Shown here one piece after another: positions 60,652-64,000 of a stretch of DNA of 64,000 nucleotides (the stretch's first letter is position 1; the number at the start of each line of letters is the position of its first letter). The notes beneath the pieces were generated by a model. That model was given only the letters and a program-made list of their open reading frames with translations. It had not been told where the DNA came from and did not search any database. The stretch is from Paraphysomonas bandaiensis (taxonomy: Eukaryota > Protista > Chrysophyceae), in NCBI GenBank assembly GCA_965644295.1, contig CBFFRP010000078.1, forward strand, positions 62,001 to 126,000, given 5' to 3'. The translations under genes and the position numbers were made by a program.

Positions 60652-62171
60652 TATTTTTCGACCTAGTCAATTTAGTGGAATTTCCTAGTCACCCCAATAT
60701 TGGTGTAAAATTTTTTAACTTTACAATGACTAGGTTGAGTAGGTGGAATAGGGTATTCACCTAGTCAACGTGGGAGCATACTCTAGCAAACGTTGCATGC
60801 ATGCAATGTACATCATATATTTCTGCATCGTATCTTAGGATGGACAAATATCTCATCAGGGGCATCAGAGAGCCGACGCTGCCATCGAAACACTTTCTTG
60901 CTCTTGTATACCAGCACCAATCCAAGCATATATATATCTCCAGGTACTCGAATTATTATGCAAGGACTGCTGCAAATTCTTTCAGGCATAATGGCGCTTC
61001 ACAATAACGTTTCCTGACGATAAAATTAAGATATGTACAGGACAATATATATCTCGTACACGCCTCGCAAATAATGTGCACCTAGCCAACAGTGTAACGC
61101 AGTTGCATAGAGAAAAAATGTAGTAGGGGGCAATTGTCCCACAACCGAGGACAGATGTAGTACTGAGGTACCTATAACACAATGATTAGTACTCACAAGA
61201 TTCTATATATACTCACTAGACAATATATGTCTTCAACTCAAGTAAACCTCTTTTTAACACGAGAAAGGGAATTATGGAGATTAAAGAAGGCTCTAGTTTC
61301 AAGCCTCTGACTCTATAGTAAAAATATTTTGGTTTATTTTATGATAAAGTAGTATCTCTGTTTATAGTGGGTCAGGGGGAGGAACACTGACATTATCCAA
61401 CTGCACTGCCATCCTTTGTTTAGTCGTACAGTGACAAAAGTATAGATTGTACACACGTAGAGCTTTAGGTAGAATAACTGGTCTAGTATCACGGAATACT
61501 TCAACGACGTAATTTAATCGATTTACCTAAGTCTAAGTCCTTCATTCTAAGGAGATCACATTCAACCTAGTATAAAGTATAAAGCAGTCAATCAGTAAAT
61601 GTCAATGCGTAAACGGGTATATAATGTTTAGCAAAAGTAATGCAGGCACAACAGAAATGATTTGTGCTTAAGTGATCAACTGTTTTGTGTTCTAGAATGT
61701 CTATGTATTCTTTTCTAAAATGCTGATAATAAGGTCGAATGTAGTTCGAATATGTACTCCCGAACAAATTCTATTATAATTTAAATAATTTTCAAAGTCT
61801 CATTTTGCTCTCTTTTCAAATATAGTTTGTAATATTTGTTTTTTAGTATATGTATTCATCTACAGACTATATTGTTGTGTTAGTAGACTGACTCAAATAG
61901 AATAGTATGAATAGAAGCAGAGAGCGCAAGAGCTGAAGATATCCGGTGACTCTTACCTCCACAGACGCCGATGTACCCTTTATAGGTCCACCACCATATG
62001 ATTTTTCTTATTTTTATTCATTGCAATATTTAATCATTAGCTATTGAGTAACGCTTTGTACTAATGGTATACATGGTCATGATGATTAAATATTTCAGAT
62101 CTATTAACAGCCATATTACAAACTCTAACTGCAAATAGTTTGCAGAAAGTAATAGTACATCTATCGACAGT

Positions 62172-62702
62172 TCACAAACTATTTTCAGGGGCATCCAATA
62201 CATATTCAGATTCTATAATATCAACACAATTAGAATCAGATGCGGTATTTAAACTACAGAAATTGTCAGAACTCAATTCTTCGGTGGGTTTCAATATTTC
62301 ATAACGGGGCGAGGGTGACACTATTTTTTCTTGGAGATTGTTTGGCCGCGCCGAAAACATATTACCAAAGGAAAGCATCAAAAGGGAAAGTAGTCGCAGT
62401 CTCTTCGCTACGATATACAGCACTACAGCAAAGAAAAAAACTAATGAGCCCAACAGACTGTATTTTTCCCATATTTCTGCGTTCTTTAAAGAACTGAGAC
62501 GCTTTTTACTAGATCCAAGTGCCCCTTTAAGATGATATGAATGTTCCTGTAATGTATCCTTAATAAGATCTCCATCTCTCGTTAGATGATTGACTGCATT
62601 TTCTGATCCATGTAATGTCCGCTCAATCACAACTCTTGTGCGTTGAAGGGATTCAGTAACTCCTCTGGCACTCTTAACAGTGTTATTCGATGTAGATGGC
62701 AT
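62172..62702 (-). CDS. SEC20: Sec20/BNIP1-like Qb SNARE
   Basis: VTESLQRTR..heptad SNARE motif..LGSSKKRLSSL then TM SLVFFFAVVLYIVAKRL. Confidence 0.75.
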   Translation of the reverse strand: MPSTSNNTVKSARGVTESLQRTRVVIERTLHGSENAVNHLTRDGDLIKDTLQEHSYHLKGALGSSKKRLSSLKNAEIWEKYSLLGSLVFFFAVVLYIVAKRLRLLSLLMLSFGNMFSARPNNLQEKIVSPSPRYEILKPTEELSSDNFCSLNTASDSNCVDIIESEYVLDAPENSL

Positions 62703-63100
62703 GGAGTAGGGAATATATACGATTCAATCCAACAATTGTAGAGTGAATTAAATATATCTTCACATGTGCCTGATGTGTGAGGAGGGTATATACTAAAGTA
62801 TTATATACAGTAGTCCACATCATACAGACTCAGCAGTGTAGGCATATATACGTCATATTCCAATTGTAGAGCTGGAAAAGAGGTACTCTGCACTGTATAC
62901 CAACCTACTGTACTTTGTTGTATGGTGTAACTATATACTTCTGCATTCTAATCGTTGATTGGTCAATTTCATTTTGGTGCAGTGTCTCTTCAAGATATCT
63001 CTCGCCTGTTCAAGATTTCATAGTTACGGTGGCAGTTGCAACGCTTTGCAACATCTTTTGTAATCAAATAGACACCAAAATCACAAACATCAAAGTGATC

Positions 63101-64000
63101 ATGATGAAAACTGCGTTAATTACAGCATTGGCTGCCAATGCCGCCAGCATTGTTAATGCCGAGTGTGCAAATGCATGCAATGGGCACGGAAGTTGCACCA
63201 GTTATGATATGTGCGATTGCAACCGAAACTGGCAGGCTAATGACTGTTCAGAGCGTGTGTGCCAGTTTGGTCTTGCACACGTGGATACCCCAAAGGGAGA
63301 TTTGAACCACGATAATGTCATTGAAGGCCCTGACAATATCATTGTTGAGAATGCCTTTAAGTATCCTTTTGGAACCACTGAGCAGTTTCCCCGCATGCAG
63401 GATTCGGATCTTGCTGACCTCGAGAATTCAGCCCACTACTACATGGAATGCTCTAATAAGGGAACCTGTAACAGAGAAACTGGTACTTGTGAGTGCTTTC
63501 CTGGATATGACGGTGCAGCATGTCAGCGTGCTTCTTGCCCTGGATACCCAGAGTCCTGCTCTGGGCATGGTGTTTGCAAAACCATTCGCCAGTTGGCCAA
63601 TGCCGATTACGGCAATATTTACGAGCTTTGGGACAGAGATGTAACAATGGGGTGTGAGTGTGACAAGGGATTTTATGGTCCTGACTGCTCTTTGAGAGAG
63701 TGCAAGTATGAGATCGACCCTCTATACTATGATGATACCGCTACTATTAAATATTCTGTCTTCGACTTCGCCATCCTCACCACTGGAAGTCTGCAGACAG
63801 ATTTCACCAATGGTATGTCTGATTCTAGCACAGCTTACTGGGCGATCAAGTTCTATGATATGCACGGTGAGGACTGGACTACTAGACCTATTCCTGAGGG
63901 AGCTCAGTGCGCCGAGGTCTTGGATGCCCTGGCTGACCTTCCCAATGATGTTATCCCTAGAATGGATTCCACATGGTGCACGAGAACTGCCAGGGACAAT
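63101..64000 (+). CDS. Tubular mastigoneme protein (Ocm1/Sig-like, EGF-like repeats), runs off the window
   Basis: Signal peptide, ECANACNGHGSC, CSERVCQFGLAHVDTPKGD, AHYYMECSNKGTCNRETGTCECFPGYDGAACQRASCP; absent from the ORF track because no stop falls in the window. Confidence 0.9.
   Translation, partial: MMKTALITALAANAASIVNAECANACNGHGSCTSYDMCDCNRNWQANDCSERVCQFGLAHVDTPKGDLNHDNVIEGPDNIIVENAFKYPFGTTEQFPRMQDSDLADLENSAHYYMECSNKGTCNRETGTCECFPGYDGAACQRASCPGYPESCSGHGVCKTIRQLANADYGNIYELWDRDVTMGCECDKGFYGPDCSLRECKYEIDPLYYDDTATIKYSVFDFAILTTGSLQTDFTNGMSDSSTAYWAIKFYDMHGEDWTTRPIPEGAQCAEVLDALADLPNDVIPRMDSTWCTRTARDN

Overview
Eukaryotic, AT-rich, gene-dense genomic window with many short (~45-60 nt) GT-AG introns. 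A tubular mastigoneme protein gene at the right edge points to a flagellated stramenopile, probably a chrysophyte-like ochrophyte (inference). About 18 protein genes are recognisable: Trx-UIM-UBA-PUB, RRM protein, Kv channel, WKF protein, cyclic-nucleotide PDE, CCT protein, DHHC palmitoyltransferase, MoaC, RPL32, an unknown protein, a giant EF-hand/4x phosphagen-kinase protein, a ubiquitin-like protein, a RING protein, SPT5, Pumilio, an ABM-like membrane protein, Sec20 and the mastigoneme protein. Intergenic DNA holds hAT-like transposon relics/MITEs, a ~0.8 kb (TACA)n array and a non-LTR retroelement system. Two things stand out. (1) The retroelement system: 5'-truncated LINEs of two families with TSDs, plus a ~510-nt non-tRNA SINE. 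The SINE head resembles an HDV-like ribozyme fold, and its 3' part carries a covarying three-way-junction RNA motif shared with both LINE families. (2) A spliced gene for an N-myristoylation-motif EF-hand sensor joined by an acidic 86-aa repeat spacer to four essentially nucleotide-identical phosphagen-kinase domains whose catalytic NEEDH motif has become NGNDH. All calls come from reading the sequence by eye; no searches were run.
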